Shown: piece after piece, positions 1 to 9,575 of the stretch
Layout: every line of letters starts with the position of its first letter
Position numbering within the stretch: the stretch's first letter is position 1
DNA from: a virus
Lineage: Duplodnaviria; Caudoviricetes
Virus record (IMG/VR): IMGVR_UViG_3300048865_000017
Span: 1-40,660 of that record
Direction: 5' to 3' (one strand)
DNA length: 40,660 bases
Made by a program: the position numbers and the translations under genes
The notes under the pieces: generated by a model
What the model was told of the DNA's origin: nothing
What the model saw: only the letters and a program-made list of their open reading frames with translations
The model's database searches: none

Positions 1-127
1 GGTGCAATTGTTCAAGCTGTTGGACCGGCACCCGGAATTAATGGACGAACTCAAAAGCGCCTAACGTCTGGCCCGTTTTTACAAGCGGTCAAAGGCAAAA
101 ATGTTGCTACGTTTTCGCTACGGCAAA
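1..127 (+). repeat. Terminal direct repeat identical to 40534-40660 (circular assembly overlap)
   Basis: Exact match GGTGCAATTG...CTACGGCAAA at both ends. It cuts through the mqsA 3' end, and 127 is a common assembler k-mer length. Confidence 0.95.
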
Positions 128-330
128 AATCATGTGCCCTGGCCAAAACAAGGCGGCAGCCTGAGAGGCAGCATTGGCGCGGGTTCGCATGGGTGTGGTT
201 TGAGTTCGAAAGGCAGGGCACGTGATAGCTAATCATGTGCCCTGATTGAAAAACCTGCTACGGCGCTGGTTTTAGGGGAATTCATGCGGGGGGAGTGAGT
301 CGAAGGGCGCTTTTTATCTCGCTACGTTCG
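94..330. other. attP/res-like recombination region: 12-7-12 palindrome at 214-244, extra half-site at 130-141, GCTACG repeats at 106, 117, 257 and 321
   Basis: CAGGGCACGTGA-TAGCTAA-TCATGTGCCCTG; co-oriented GCTACG repeats, two of them 11 bp apart like arm-type sites; intergenic between converging mqsA and endolysin genes. Confidence 0.55.
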
Positions 331-356
331 TCGGCAGTGTGGCGGGCGATTAGGGG

Positions 357-872
357 TCACGTGTCCTCAGCGCCGTATCTGAGGTTTTGCGCTACGCGGT
401 TGACCCATCCCCCGCCGTAGCGCTCGAACTTTGCCAGCTTTGTGATAAACGTCAGGCGCTCAGAGTTAAACAACATGACCAGATCCGTGACGGTCATTGC
501 CTTCACGGCAGCCAGGGTGATGCGTCCCACGCTGCCATCATCGGCCACCCCCGCCGCACGCTGTAGAAACCGGATTCCATTACCCGGCCCGTGGTTGACC
601 TGGGCGTCAAATACCTGAAAGGAAAAACCGGGGTCATACTCTGAAAGCTTCGCCCGGTCCCAAAAGTCGCGTTTATAGATTTCTTTTGCCTGCGCCAGCG
701 TCAGATTTTTTATATCAAGGTGCGGATAGCTCATAGCGCTAATGCCAAACTTCGTCCCTTTCAGTTGGCCTACGCCAATAATTCCAGAAGTCCAGTTCCC
801 CCGGTCTTCGTGCTCATCCTGAAAGTTGCCTTCGTGGCCGACGACACGCTGAAAAGCCACATCAAAATTCAT
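357..872 (-). CDS. Endolysin, glycoside hydrolase family 108 with C-terminal peptidoglycan-binding domain
   Basis: HEG..D..DRGNWT..GTKFGIS, YKRDFW, FDAQVNHG, LQRAAG..DG.VG, GW.NR motifs. Start moved to MNFDVAF, which follows an AAAGGTGG RBS. Confidence 0.9.
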   Translation of the reverse strand: MNFDVAFQRVVGHEGNFQDEHEDRGNWTSGIIGVGQLKGTKFGISAMSYPHLDIKNLTLAQAKEIYKRDFWDRAKLSEYDPGFSFQVFDAQVNHGPGNGIRFLQRAAGVADDGSVGRITLAAVKAMTVTDLVMLFNSERLTFITKLAKFERYGGGWVNRVAQNLRYGAEDT

Positions 873-893
873 GGGACCACCTTTTCTCAGACC

Positions 894-918
894 AAAAAAA
901 AGCCCGCTCAAGGCGGGC
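894..918 (-). terminator. Intrinsic terminator directly upstream of the endolysin gene
   Basis: GCCCGC (902-907)/GCGGGC (913-918) stem followed by T8 on the minus strand. Confidence 0.7.
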
Positions 919-981
919 ATGGTTCGCGGCTCTGGTCACTGCTCGAAACTCCATGTCATGGTTATGATCACGTGAACCCCC

Positions 982-1404
982 CTAATATTCACCCTCTGGG
1001 CGTGGTGTTTGAAAATGACTACCTCCCCAAATTTGCACGCCCACGTAAAACAGCACGGCACGCCAGCGCGCCACCCCTTCTGCCCTCAGCGCTCGATACA
1101 ACACAGCATCACACTCTGCGCGTGTCAGGCCTAACGGGCATTCAGGTGAATAAAGCCAATCGTGAACAGTGGTAGCGGCGTTGCCATAGCCCACTAAAAT
1201 TGAATAGAGCGGGAAGGGCACCAGGCGCAACGCCCGGACGCTAGCAAAGTTGGTAACGAAACCGGCAGGCACGCGAAGGGTGCCGTGTAACGGGTCCTGA
1301 TAGGGAAGGTCAGTGATGAGTCGCCAGCGCCAGCGGGTGAACTGTTCGGCTTGCAGGTGTGAAAGAAACCGCCCCCGCTCGCTGGGGTTAGGCTGTAGGT
1401 GCAT
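982..1404 (-). CDS. DUF1353-family phage protein
   Basis: VPAGFVTNFASV, HDWLY, R.ECDAVL..AL and VQIWG motifs. Confidence 0.8.
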   Translation of the reverse strand: MHLQPNPSERGRFLSHLQAEQFTRWRWRLITDLPYQDPLHGTLRVPAGFVTNFASVRALRLVPFPLYSILVGYGNAATTVHDWLYSPECPLGLTRAECDAVLYRALRAEGVARWRAVLFYVGVQIWGGSHFQTPRPEGEY

Positions 1405-2029
1405 CAGACGCGGGCAGGGTAAATGACCACTGCACAGCCTCCGGGTTATCGCTGTGTTCTATCATCTGTTCAGTGGCGTGCCGTACGCCGGTCAGATAAG
1501 CAACGGCGAAGGTGTATAGCTCCTGATTAGTGATCACCCGGTCTATTAAATCCGCAAAACTTTGTTCAATGCCCATGGCGCGGCGTGTTTGAAACATGGC
1601 CGATAAAAAAGGGGTTTCGGGTTTTTTATCCTCGGGCGCGGCCTTCCAGGCTTTGGCCTCTTCTGCCTGGGTTGGCCAGGTTAGCACCTCATAGGTGGGC
1701 CACCCTTCCTGAACCTTGCGCATGGCCTCGCTATAATCGGCGTTTAATTGCGCGCTGCGGGCCTTGCGCCTGGCTTCAAGCGTTGGCGCGGCGGCTGGGT
1801 TCACATCCACCCAATTGCCGTTTGTGTATTCGCCGTTACCCTTGCGTTTTCCGCCCTGATACTGTGGCCGGTAAAAGCCGGGTCCGTCAGGTAAAAGGTC
1901 AGCCGTCCAGTGCTCGGGCATCTCTTGGCCCGGCTGAAAGATGATATCCGCCTGATAGAACCTATCGGCTGTTAGCTCAATGGCGCGCCTGTGCTCGTCG
2001 GGCGCGCTGTTATCCTTCGGATTTGCCAT
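1388..2029 (-). CDS. Tail fibre assembly-like protein
   Basis: Follows the fibre gene; E..TW.TQ..EA.AW...TPFL motif typical of fibre chaperone-like proteins. Confidence 0.6.
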   Translation of the reverse strand: MANPKDNSAPDEHRRAIELTADRFYQADIIFQPGQEMPEHWTADLLPDGPGFYRPQYQGGKRKGNGEYTNGNWVDVNPAAAPTLEARRKARSAQLNADYSEAMRKVQEGWPTYEVLTWPTQAEEAKAWKAAPEDKKPETPFLSAMFQTRRAMGIEQSFADLIDRVITNQELYTFAVAYLTGVRHATEQMIEHSDNPEAVQWSFTLPASDAPTA

Positions 2030-2038
2030 GACGCCTCC

Positions 2039-2929
2039 TTAAACCTCAGCCATGAAGCGGATACCGGCCAAGCCTATCCATGCGTTACTCCCCCCGGCCC
2101 GCCAGATTAGATTACCGTCGCTATAAATAATGACCGATGCAAACACATCAGCTGATACCGCCGGAATGATATTGGCCTGGCGCGGCCTGAATCCGGCAGG
2201 GAGGTTGAAAATAACCGTCCCTGCCTGCCCGCCAGTACACATGCCTTTAAGCTCAACCATTCCCCGAACCCGGCGGAACTGTACAGTTCCAAATGTCGCG
2301 TCGCCGTAATTGGCCCATCCATTTTGGAATGTAACCCCTGTCCAGCCGACATCAGGCAGGCCCGTGTATACCTCCTGCCACGGCTGCCAAATACCATTAG
2401 ACTTTTGCCGCCAGAATCGGCGCATGTCGATGCCGCTAAATCCATAGGCCTCTTGCGTTATCCAAGATGTGTTGTGCTGATACTGCACGACGATAAACCA
2501 GTTAACCGATGGCGCGTTTAGCAGATTCGCGCCCATAAAAAAGCATGTACCGGGCGGCGGGTTGTTTAAGTCGGTAATTACTGATCCATTGGCGAAAGCC
2601 GTAGGCAAGGCAGGTGCGCCCAGGCCAAAAGCGCCGACCAGCATAAGCGCCCCCGCGCTTGTGTCCATTGTGTTGGTTTGCTTGACGGTTTCCATCGTGG
2701 CCCTGGCTTCAAGCGCGGTTTTGTCGTCTATCAGGCTGCGCCCGTATGGGGTTAACGCCCCCAGGGCGAACGTATCAACGCCGGTGGAATAAATCAGCTG
2801 GTCGGGGCCGGTCGTTAAAGCCGCTAAAGCGGCAAGAGTGGCGTCACTAGGTTGTTTGCCCGCACCTAGCGCCTTGATATCGGCTGCAATGGCGCGGGCG
2901 AGTGCAAGCACTCTGAGTTCAACACTCAT
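2039..2929 (-). CDS. Tail fibre / receptor-binding protein
   Basis: KQP.DATLAALAAL and GAFGLG fibre motifs, knob-like WQPWQEV, C-terminal W...TFQNGW..Y...LPAGFRP domain. Confidence 0.8.
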   Translation of the reverse strand: MSVELRVLALARAIAADIKALGAGKQPSDATLAALAALTTGPDQLIYSTGVDTFALGALTPYGRSLIDDKTALEARATMETVKQTNTMDTSAGALMLVGAFGLGAPALPTAFANGSVITDLNNPPPGTCFFMGANLLNAPSVNWFIVVQYQHNTSWITQEAYGFSGIDMRRFWRQKSNGIWQPWQEVYTGLPDVGWTGVTFQNGWANYGDATFGTVQFRRVRGMVELKGMCTGGQAGTVIFNLPAGFRPRQANIIPAVSADVFASVIIYSDGNLIWRAGGSNAWIGLAGIRFMAEV

Positions 2930-2932
2930 AAT

Positions 2933-3427
2933 TTAGGCCTTTGCAGTATTATAAGCCGCCGTAAAATCCGCCTCCGGGTTACCTACACCAATATTCGTGC
3001 ACGCTTGCAACTGCTGCGCCGTGGTTAGCGTTTGCGGTGCATCAAAACGAACCCGGTTAGCCAGCGCGGCTGTGACCGTGGCGGAAAAATTGGCATCATT
3101 TCCAAGGGCATTGGCTAGCTCGATTAGTGTGTCGAAGGCCTCACCGGCTCCCCCAAGTATGGACGTTCTAACTTGATTAGCTGATGCCAGAATAGAGTCA
3201 TAAATTTTGTCTGCTGACCACGTAACAGACGTATTCCCATCTGTTGCGGTGTCGTCGATTTTTGCGCCGGACTGGCCAATTAAACCGTAAATCTCATTGA
3301 TTGCCGCCACCAGATTGGTTTTAGCGGTGGTGTTGAGTTTGGAAAAATCACCGCCCCGTGCATAGAGTTGTTTAACGTCAGCGGCAACGGCTTTGGCTAG
3401 GGCAATGACTTGGGTTTCAGTTGACAT
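2933..3427 (-). CDS. Tail fibre-associated protein
   Basis: L.TTAKTNLVAAINE and FDTLIELANALGNDANF fibre motifs; N-terminus paralogous to 2039-2929. Confidence 0.7.
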   Translation of the reverse strand: MSTETQVIALAKAVAADVKQLYARGGDFSKLNTTAKTNLVAAINEIYGLIGQSGAKIDDTATDGNTSVTWSADKIYDSILASANQVRTSILGGAGEAFDTLIELANALGNDANFSATVTAALANRVRFDAPQTLTTAQQLQACTNIGVGNPEADFTAAYNTAKA

Positions 3428-3457
3428 GGTATCGCCTCACTTTCGGGATATCAGGGG

Positions 3458-4228
3458 TTAAAGGTCACGCACGGTGATGTAACAAGCGACTAAATCAGCT
3501 GTGATCACGCTATTGGGGTCGGCCACATATAAACCGTTGTCCTCGGCCACTTTCAGGCCATTGCCTGCTAATTTGGAAAGCTCGACCGCCCCACCGCCGC
3601 TAGGTCCCCGCTCAGAAAATGCAATGACCAGCGGGTTTAAATTCATTTGATTGGAGGTGAGGGCAGCGGACGCTTGCCCCTCCATCAGCCGCGTGACGGT
3701 GCGGTCAGGAAATTGAACATCCAGGGCATACACTCCGGTTTTGAAAGCCAGCACGGCATCAGCCTCAATGCGCCGGGTGATCACGCCCGGTCCTTCGATG
3801 ACTAAGCCGCCTTTGTCGAAGGAATCCAGTTCAAGCACCGGCACGGTGCTGTCTTTTGTCCAGATCCGAAAAACCGCCCGGCACCCGGTAAAATCAACCG
3901 GGGGGTGATAGCTTAGAAGTCCCCCGGCTGGGCGCGCCTGGGTGGCGTCTTCCTCGTTAATCGCTAGCGTGTCGGGGTCAATAAACCGGGCAATGTGCGG
4001 GCGCACGGCTGCCCCGCGTAGCCGGTTAAGGCTTGGCATGTTGCGAACCCCGTTTATCCAGACAGGCCAATCAGCCGCCAGACCATGACCCGGCACTGTG
4101 AGGCGTACCGGCGCGCTTGGCTCGATGCGGGCGATGGTTTTATAGGTCCAGCTGGGAAGCATGAACCGCACGGCATCTGAGAACGTTGTGCCCGGAATCA
4201 GGCGCAGCGGGATATTAGCCGGAGTCAT
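3458..4228 (-). CDS. Minor tail / baseplate-like protein
   Basis: 256-aa ORF in the tail operon with a PVDFTG..A.F.I...YALDV pattern. Confidence 0.55.
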   Translation of the reverse strand: MTPANIPLRLIPGTTFSDAVRFMLPSWTYKTIARIEPSAPVRLTVPGHGLAADWPVWINGVRNMPSLNRLRGAAVRPHIARFIDPDTLAINEEDATQARPAGGLLSYHPPVDFTGCRAVFRIWTKDSTVPVLELDSFDKGGLVIEGPGVITRRIEADAVLAFKTGVYALDVQFPDRTVTRLMEGQASAALTSNQMNLNPLVIAFSERGPSGGGAVELSKLAGNGLKVAEDNGLYVADPNSVITADLVACYITVRDL

Positions 4229-4264
4229 AAGAGCACCAGATTATGAGGGGGTATGGATAGGGAA

Positions 4265-5719
4265 TTAATTGTTTTTTGGGCTGACTACGCGTATCGCGTC
4301 GGTACGGGGCACCCAGGCTGGCGCGGATATTTCGGCCCAGGTTTTGGCGTCATACATAACCGGCTGGGTGTTTTTGACTTCGTAGTACAAAAGCGCGGAT
4401 GAATCGGCGGTTTGGACGATAGAACCCGGCCCGCCCTCGGCATAGCCCGGTTCTGATGGCGTGCGCTCGATAACAGACCAGTCAGAGGTTTTAACGATAT
4501 AAAACGAAGGGGCCTGAAAGCCGCTTGGGTAGATGAACAGGTGTGACGTGTCGCGCAGCCAGAATGGCCCGTAATGCGCAAAGCCTTCCGTGTTTGTGTC
4601 TATATCACAGACCACCGCGCCATTGGTTGTGTCATAGATTCGCACGCCTGATGCAACCGTCCAGCCGTTGACATTATCGAACTGCCCCCAGGCCAGGGCT
4701 AGATAGTGATTATCAGGCGAATAGCTCACATCAACTGTATGGCGCTGCCCCACAATCGCGGGCGGCAGGACGTAGGCACTGGCGTCTATTTCGTTCAGTG
4801 TTTGCGTGTCATAGATTCTCAGATATAAATCATCGCCGCCCGGTGTGCCGGGATCGTGATAACCCGTGAGGTGATACCCGAAAGCAACCGTTTTGCCGTC
4901 CGGGCTAATGCTCATTGATGCGGGCTGCCCAACGTCCGGCGTCAGTTTGATTTCGGTTCGCTCCCCGGTTACGGGGTTGATCCTGCATTCATAGCGGGAC
5001 CCGTACAACATGTCATCGGGTCCGAACTGCGGCCCGCTATAGCGCTGCCAGATTGTTTGAAGGGGCAGGCCTGTGAGCTTTAGTGTGCTTTTCTTTTCAA
5101 CGTCAGCGATCAGGTAACCGCCTTGACCATCTGTTGTAGCACCCACAAAACGCCCGGTGCGCGACATAGCCATCAACCCAACATGGTTATATGACCAACT
5201 GTCCCCCACCATCTGCCGATATATGCGCCCTTGCGTGGCGTGCCATACCTCAAGAATGATTGCATCATCAGCATCATAGTATGTGGCCGTGGCCAGCACC
5301 GGCATGGCTTGAGGCGGTACAACGCCCACAAAGGGCGCGCCTGTCCCGGTGCCTGGGCTTGTACCGCCTCCGGTGTCAGGCTCAGGACTTGTGCCGCCCC
5401 CGGTGTCAGATCCGGTGCCCGCCATAAGCCGTGCCAGCGTTGCGGCGGTGATATTAACGCTCAGTTGTGTTCCTCGGCTCCAATCCTGGGCGCTGCTGTC
5501 TTCCTGGCCACGCTCTATGGTGATATCGCCAGCGCTGATGGCTGTTGCCTTTACGATTTCGAAACGATCACGCGCCGTATCAAAAAGGGTGATCAGGTAA
5601 AAATCACCCGCGCCCAGCGCCAGCCGGGCGGCCTTGTCCTTTGGCACACTCAGGGTTTTATCTGTGCTTTTAAGGTCCCGGCTTAGCCGCGTTATCCAGT
5701 TATTTATAAACCGCTGCAT
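4265..5719 (-). CDS. Tail protein with virion-anchoring N-terminus, G/T/P linker and probable beta-propeller C-terminus
   Basis: FINNW...EIVK...TIERGQE...W head; duplicated DTGGGTSP linker; recurring SPDG/SPDN and RIYDT motifs. Confidence 0.65.
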   Translation of the reverse strand: MQRFINNWITRLSRDLKSTDKTLSVPKDKAARLALGAGDFYLITLFDTARDRFEIVKATAISAGDITIERGQEDSSAQDWSRGTQLSVNITAATLARLMAGTGSDTGGGTSPEPDTGGGTSPGTGTGAPFVGVVPPQAMPVLATATYYDADDAIILEVWHATQGRIYRQMVGDSWSYNHVGLMAMSRTGRFVGATTDGQGGYLIADVEKKSTLKLTGLPLQTIWQRYSGPQFGPDDMLYGSRYECRINPVTGERTEIKLTPDVGQPASMSISPDGKTVAFGYHLTGYHDPGTPGGDDLYLRIYDTQTLNEIDASAYVLPPAIVGQRHTVDVSYSPDNHYLALAWGQFDNVNGWTVASGVRIYDTTNGAVVCDIDTNTEGFAHYGPFWLRDTSHLFIYPSGFQAPSFYIVKTSDWSVIERTPSEPGYAEGGPGSIVQTADSSALLYYEVKNTQPVMYDAKTWAEISAPAWVPRTDAIRVVSPKNN

Positions 5720-5728
5720 GTAGCACCC

Positions 5729-7456
5729 TCACAAGTAAGCCACGGGGTTTGGGGCGTCCCTGATGGCTTCGCCCGTGACGGGATTGAATGAACCAAATAG
5801 CCCGCCCAGGGGCGGTTTGCGGCTGGCGATGCCTGGCGCTGTCTTGCCGTTGGGCAATAAACAGGGGCCTATAAAGTGGGTGTCAACAATATTGGGGGCG
5901 CTCAGGTTCTTGCATTGCGCCAGGGAAAGCGCGGGCATTTGCGCGCAGTAGCGCACGACATACAACACGGCATCGGCTGTGCTTTTCGCGCCCCGGTAGG
6001 GAAAGTGGGCATTGTTCATTAATGAATAATCAACGCCCCGGCCTGTCACGCTGCGTGACTGCTCCATGATTTTGACCCCATCAAGGGTGGCCGTGACATT
6101 AACGGCTGTTGTGCCTGATTTTGACCCGCTATCGCGTGAGGGGTAGGCGCTATACCCCGTCGATGATGAATAAGCGATTGGGACTGAATACCCCATCTGG
6201 CCTGATATGTTCGCGCTGAATTGCCCGATGACTTCCAGCCTCGACACAACCTTTCCAGCGCGTAGGAGTTCAAGCGTTGCCGTGCTGCTACCACTCACGC
6301 TCTGGGTGTAATTGATCGTATAAGCTCCGGTGGTTGCGCTTTGAAACGTCCCGGTTTCAACGCGTGTATCACGGGTGACCACGGCTTTTGGGCTATAGCT
6401 TGCCGATGGCATGGCAGACCCGGTTAATGTGCGGCTCTCGCTGTAGTTGGCCAGGATTTCAGCCGGTGCCCCGTTTGCGTCGTAATACATGTTCACGATG
6501 ATGCCGGTGATGGACCGAGCATATCGGTTTGACTGGATAAAATCGCCGTCTTCGCCAGAGTAGGTGGCCGCGTTCTTTGCGCCGTTGCTGACCATGCTAT
6601 GGCTTACGCTGGCTTCAGCGGTTTCAGTTGTGGCCGTTCTGCTAGTGACCGCCACCGAGGCACTAACGCTGATCGACTGCCCAGCATAGGTGGTGCGCTG
6701 GCCTGTGTCTGTCCCGCCCGTTTGTGCGCTGTTTCTGATCAGCGTCAACACGGCGTCTACCCCGACATCAGCGGTAGGGGTCAGCGTTAATTCCCAATAT
6801 TCAAACGGCAGGGTACACCAGGCCCCCAGGTGGTTTTTAACGAATGAACTGGACCCCTCGCCCCACTCGTCCTGATAACGATAACGCGCCAGCAAAAGCC
6901 GGGACCCGTCCGGGTAGGCATCAATAATGGTTAGGCCAAATAGGCTATCAAGCCCGCCTCCGGCATACCTAAGATTGAGCGTGACGATATCGGTTAGGCG
7001 TCTATTTCGGCTTATGATGCGCTCATGGGGCTTGAATGCCAGGGCGGTGAGGTTATAAAACCATGCCCGAACATTCCCGTATTGGGGGTGGTGGTAGACC
7101 CATTGAAGGCCCTTGATGACCTGTTTTCGATCACCATAAATAATGCCTTCCCTCGGGTTGATCAGGGCTTCGGCGCGCCATTGCATCCCCTGGGCGGTGT
7201 CGGCTTCGATCTGCTCGGGGGTGCGCTGCGGATCAACGGCGCGGGGATCACGAAAGCGCAATAGGTTTCCGGCTTGGTGCCAGTCATCCAGGGTAGGGGG
7301 CGACGTGACAAAAGGCATCCGCACCACTTGCCCGTTCACCAGTGTCAATAATGACTGAACGTTATCCTCAAGCGCCATATCTAGCCGCCCATGCCAGGGC
7401 CAGCCAAACAGCCCCAGCTGGCCTGGGATCTGGTCATGTATGCGGCTATCAAACAT
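5729..7456 (-). CDS. Virion structural (tail tip) protein
   Basis: 575 aa, WPWHG N-terminal motif, S/T-rich beta-like middle, NPVTGE C-terminus; tail operon position. Confidence 0.6.
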   Translation of the reverse strand: MFDSRIHDQIPGQLGLFGWPWHGRLDMALEDNVQSLLTLVNGQVVRMPFVTSPPTLDDWHQAGNLLRFRDPRAVDPQRTPEQIEADTAQGMQWRAEALINPREGIIYGDRKQVIKGLQWVYHHPQYGNVRAWFYNLTALAFKPHERIISRNRRLTDIVTLNLRYAGGGLDSLFGLTIIDAYPDGSRLLLARYRYQDEWGEGSSSFVKNHLGAWCTLPFEYWELTLTPTADVGVDAVLTLIRNSAQTGGTDTGQRTTYAGQSISVSASVAVTSRTATTETAEASVSHSMVSNGAKNAATYSGEDGDFIQSNRYARSITGIIVNMYYDANGAPAEILANYSESRTLTGSAMPSASYSPKAVVTRDTRVETGTFQSATTGAYTINYTQSVSGSSTATLELLRAGKVVSRLEVIGQFSANISGQMGYSVPIAYSSSTGYSAYPSRDSGSKSGTTAVNVTATLDGVKIMEQSRSVTGRGVDYSLMNNAHFPYRGAKSTADAVLYVVRYCAQMPALSLAQCKNLSAPNIVDTHFIGPCLLPNGKTAPGIASRKPPLGGLFGSFNPVTGEAIRDAPNPVAYL

Positions 7457-7458
7457 GG

Positions 7459-7785
7459 TTATTTAGCCGGGGCCTTGAAGTTGAAAACGACTTCTGCCCC
7501 GTTGGCGTCCGCCATTGCCAGGCTAGCCAGGGGCTTGACTTCAATAGCCAGTAGAAAGTCGGAACTGTAGTAGTAGTACGCTTCAGCATGATAGGTGCGG
7601 CTTGGGGTGCCGTCTGCCTTGTCTTTTTCGGTCAAGGGGCTGGCGATACCGCCCGTTGCCGCCTCTTGTGGCTTGAAGCTGGCGGCGCGTTTTTCGCCTG
7701 CAATGCCGCCCCGGTTCTTAACAGGGGTCAGGGTCTTGCCCTGGCGGCTCTGGATTAAAGAATTCAGATCAGCTATGAATGTCAT
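7459..7785 (-). CDS. Minor tail protein
   Basis: GGIASPLTE motif; overlaps the upstream tail gene by 4 bp. Confidence 0.6.
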   Translation of the reverse strand: MTFIADLNSLIQSRQGKTLTPVKNRGGIAGEKRAASFKPQEAATGGIASPLTEKDKADGTPSRTYHAEAYYYYSSDFLLAIEVKPLASLAMADANGAEVVFNFKAPAK

Positions 7786-9575
7786 GGCTCGTTATCCATT
7801 ACTAAAGGATCACCAGGGGTGATGACTTCGTAGGTCATTTCTGCGGTGGGCTTCATCTCATCAGTGAACGCGGGGTCTATCTCGGGGGTAGTGATTTGAA
7901 ATTGCTGCGGAAAAATCGACAAGGCCCCACCAAAGCCCCCCGTATTGCCGCTGTAGCCGTCTAAATCTTCGTCGTGATCCTTTTCCGTGTTGCCCATTAC
8001 GGCAAGTTGAGTGGCAAGCTCGGTTACCTTGGCACCGACCGTGGGCAGGTTGGCCACATCGGCTAAATCAGGCAGCGTGAACGCGGGCGCGCCCTGTCCA
8101 TAGCCTGCGCTGATAGCAAGCGCGACTGATACAGTGTCTTGCCCGGTGTCCATGTCCCACACGAAATTTAATGAAAATATCTTGCCCTGCGCCGTACACC
8201 CGCTGGCTTCAATGCGCGCCGTGTGGATCACATCAAGTGGTTCAGGCGGTATAAGGGTTTCAAAATTCACGCGGGTTGCCCGGTGTGACGCCTTTATCGT
8301 GGTTGACGCCAGGTCATAGGCATTTCGAATAACCGCGCCGCGCACGTCTAGATCTGTTACATCTATAACAAGATCCCCCGCCGCGTCAGTACGCCCCACG
8401 CTGTCTGGATCTGTACCAATTGAATCACTGGTGATCGTGACCGGCTGCATGTCTTCCCAATCGCCGGGGTCATACTCGGTTTCTGCGCTGTAGGATTCTC
8501 TTAATATCTGCTCACCGAACGCGGCTATAGAGTCGGAGCATTGAACGTTTATAGACAGTGTTTCGGTGACGGTCTGGCCAATGCGCCGGAACACTTCAGC
8601 GTTAAAACCCAGAATATGGGGATCAGCGGTAAAGGGGTTTATCCATCCACCCTCAGCGGGGGGGCATAGGTCTTTAAGCGACCCCGAGGGGGGCAAGGGT
8701 GACCAACGCGCTTTTGATAGCGCCCAGCCCGCCCCCGTCAGGGCTTCGGTTACCATGGAAACATTCGGAAGGTCTGAGGCGGTATGTGCTCGCCACTGAC
8801 AAAAGTTGCGGTCGGGGTGCTCCCACACATAGCCATGATTGCGCTGGCGTAGTCGTGTATACCGATACTCGGTGGTAATGATCACCCGGTTATAAAGATC
8901 ATCCGTTGACATAAGATCAATGGACACAGTGTCATCAAGCACGGAATCAGGCCCAAAATAAAAATGGGGCACGTCTGTTGCCCGCCAGGCCGTTAGACGT
9001 AACTCCCCGTCTACGCCCATATCCAAAGCACCGGGCACGCTTTCCAGGCGTTGGCGCGCATATTCATAATGCGATTCAACATCGCCGTGTATTTCGCTGC
9101 GCCACGTCCCGCCCACTAACGAATCAATAGCCTCAAGCCCCATGCCTTCTAGCGTTTCCTTATACCGGTCGGAACACGTAAGGCTTAAAACCATTTCGTT
9201 TGCATTCCAAGCAGGGGACGCAACCTTACCGGCAAAACGCGGTGTGATGGTTTCGGTTTCGCCCTCAAGACTTACGCTATAAATCTCAATATTTCGCCCG
9301 GTCCACGTCAGCGGCTCAACAATGGTTTCAAGCGGAATCAGCGCCAGCTCTGCCAGGCGGGCGGCGCTCTCTTCAACTTTTACCGATACACGTCCTACCA
9401 GGCGCGCTGATAGATCAACCCCATTAATCATGACCATCAGACGCCACCCGCTGGCCTCTGGGTAATAGATCGTTTGGGTTTGGCTCGGCTCAGGGGTCGG
9501 CAGCGGGGCTGAGGTTTCTATATCAAGGGCAGCGCCATTGATTGGCGCGCCGTTGATGGATGCGCCGTTAATCAT
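7782..9575 (-). CDS. Tail tip / baseplate hub-like protein
   Basis: 597-aa acidic ORF two genes after the tape measure; MING.SING..IN start. Confidence 0.6.
   Translation of the reverse strand: MINGASINGAPINGAALDIETSAPLPTPEPSQTQTIYYPEASGWRLMVMINGVDLSARLVGRVSVKVEESAARLAELALIPLETIVEPLTWTGRNIEIYSVSLEGETETITPRFAGKVASPAWNANEMVLSLTCSDRYKETLEGMGLEAIDSLVGGTWRSEIHGDVESHYEYARQRLESVPGALDMGVDGELRLTAWRATDVPHFYFGPDSVLDDTVSIDLMSTDDLYNRVIITTEYRYTRLRQRNHGYVWEHPDRNFCQWRAHTASDLPNVSMVTEALTGAGWALSKARWSPLPPSGSLKDLCPPAEGGWINPFTADPHILGFNAEVFRRIGQTVTETLSINVQCSDSIAAFGEQILRESYSAETEYDPGDWEDMQPVTITSDSIGTDPDSVGRTDAAGDLVIDVTDLDVRGAVIRNAYDLASTTIKASHRATRVNFETLIPPEPLDVIHTARIEASGCTAQGKIFSLNFVWDMDTGQDTVSVALAISAGYGQGAPAFTLPDLADVANLPTVGAKVTELATQLAVMGNTEKDHDEDLDGYSGNTGGFGGALSIFPQQFQITTPEIDPAFTDEMKPTAEMTYEVITPGDPLVMDNEP

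Noticed and set aside
178-212. GGGTTCG and GAGTTCGAA as a tRNA T-arm or a second dif site
   Set aside because: No T-stem, acceptor stem or CCA, and no XerD arm.
214-244. Palindrome as an N15-type telRL site
   Set aside because: Too short and imperfect, and the recombinase is a 364-aa integrase-type protein rather than a protelomerase.
2039-7456. Diversity-generating retroelement or shufflon acting on tail fibres
   Set aside because: No reverse transcriptase, no TR/VR pair and no inverted alternative 3' cassettes were seen.
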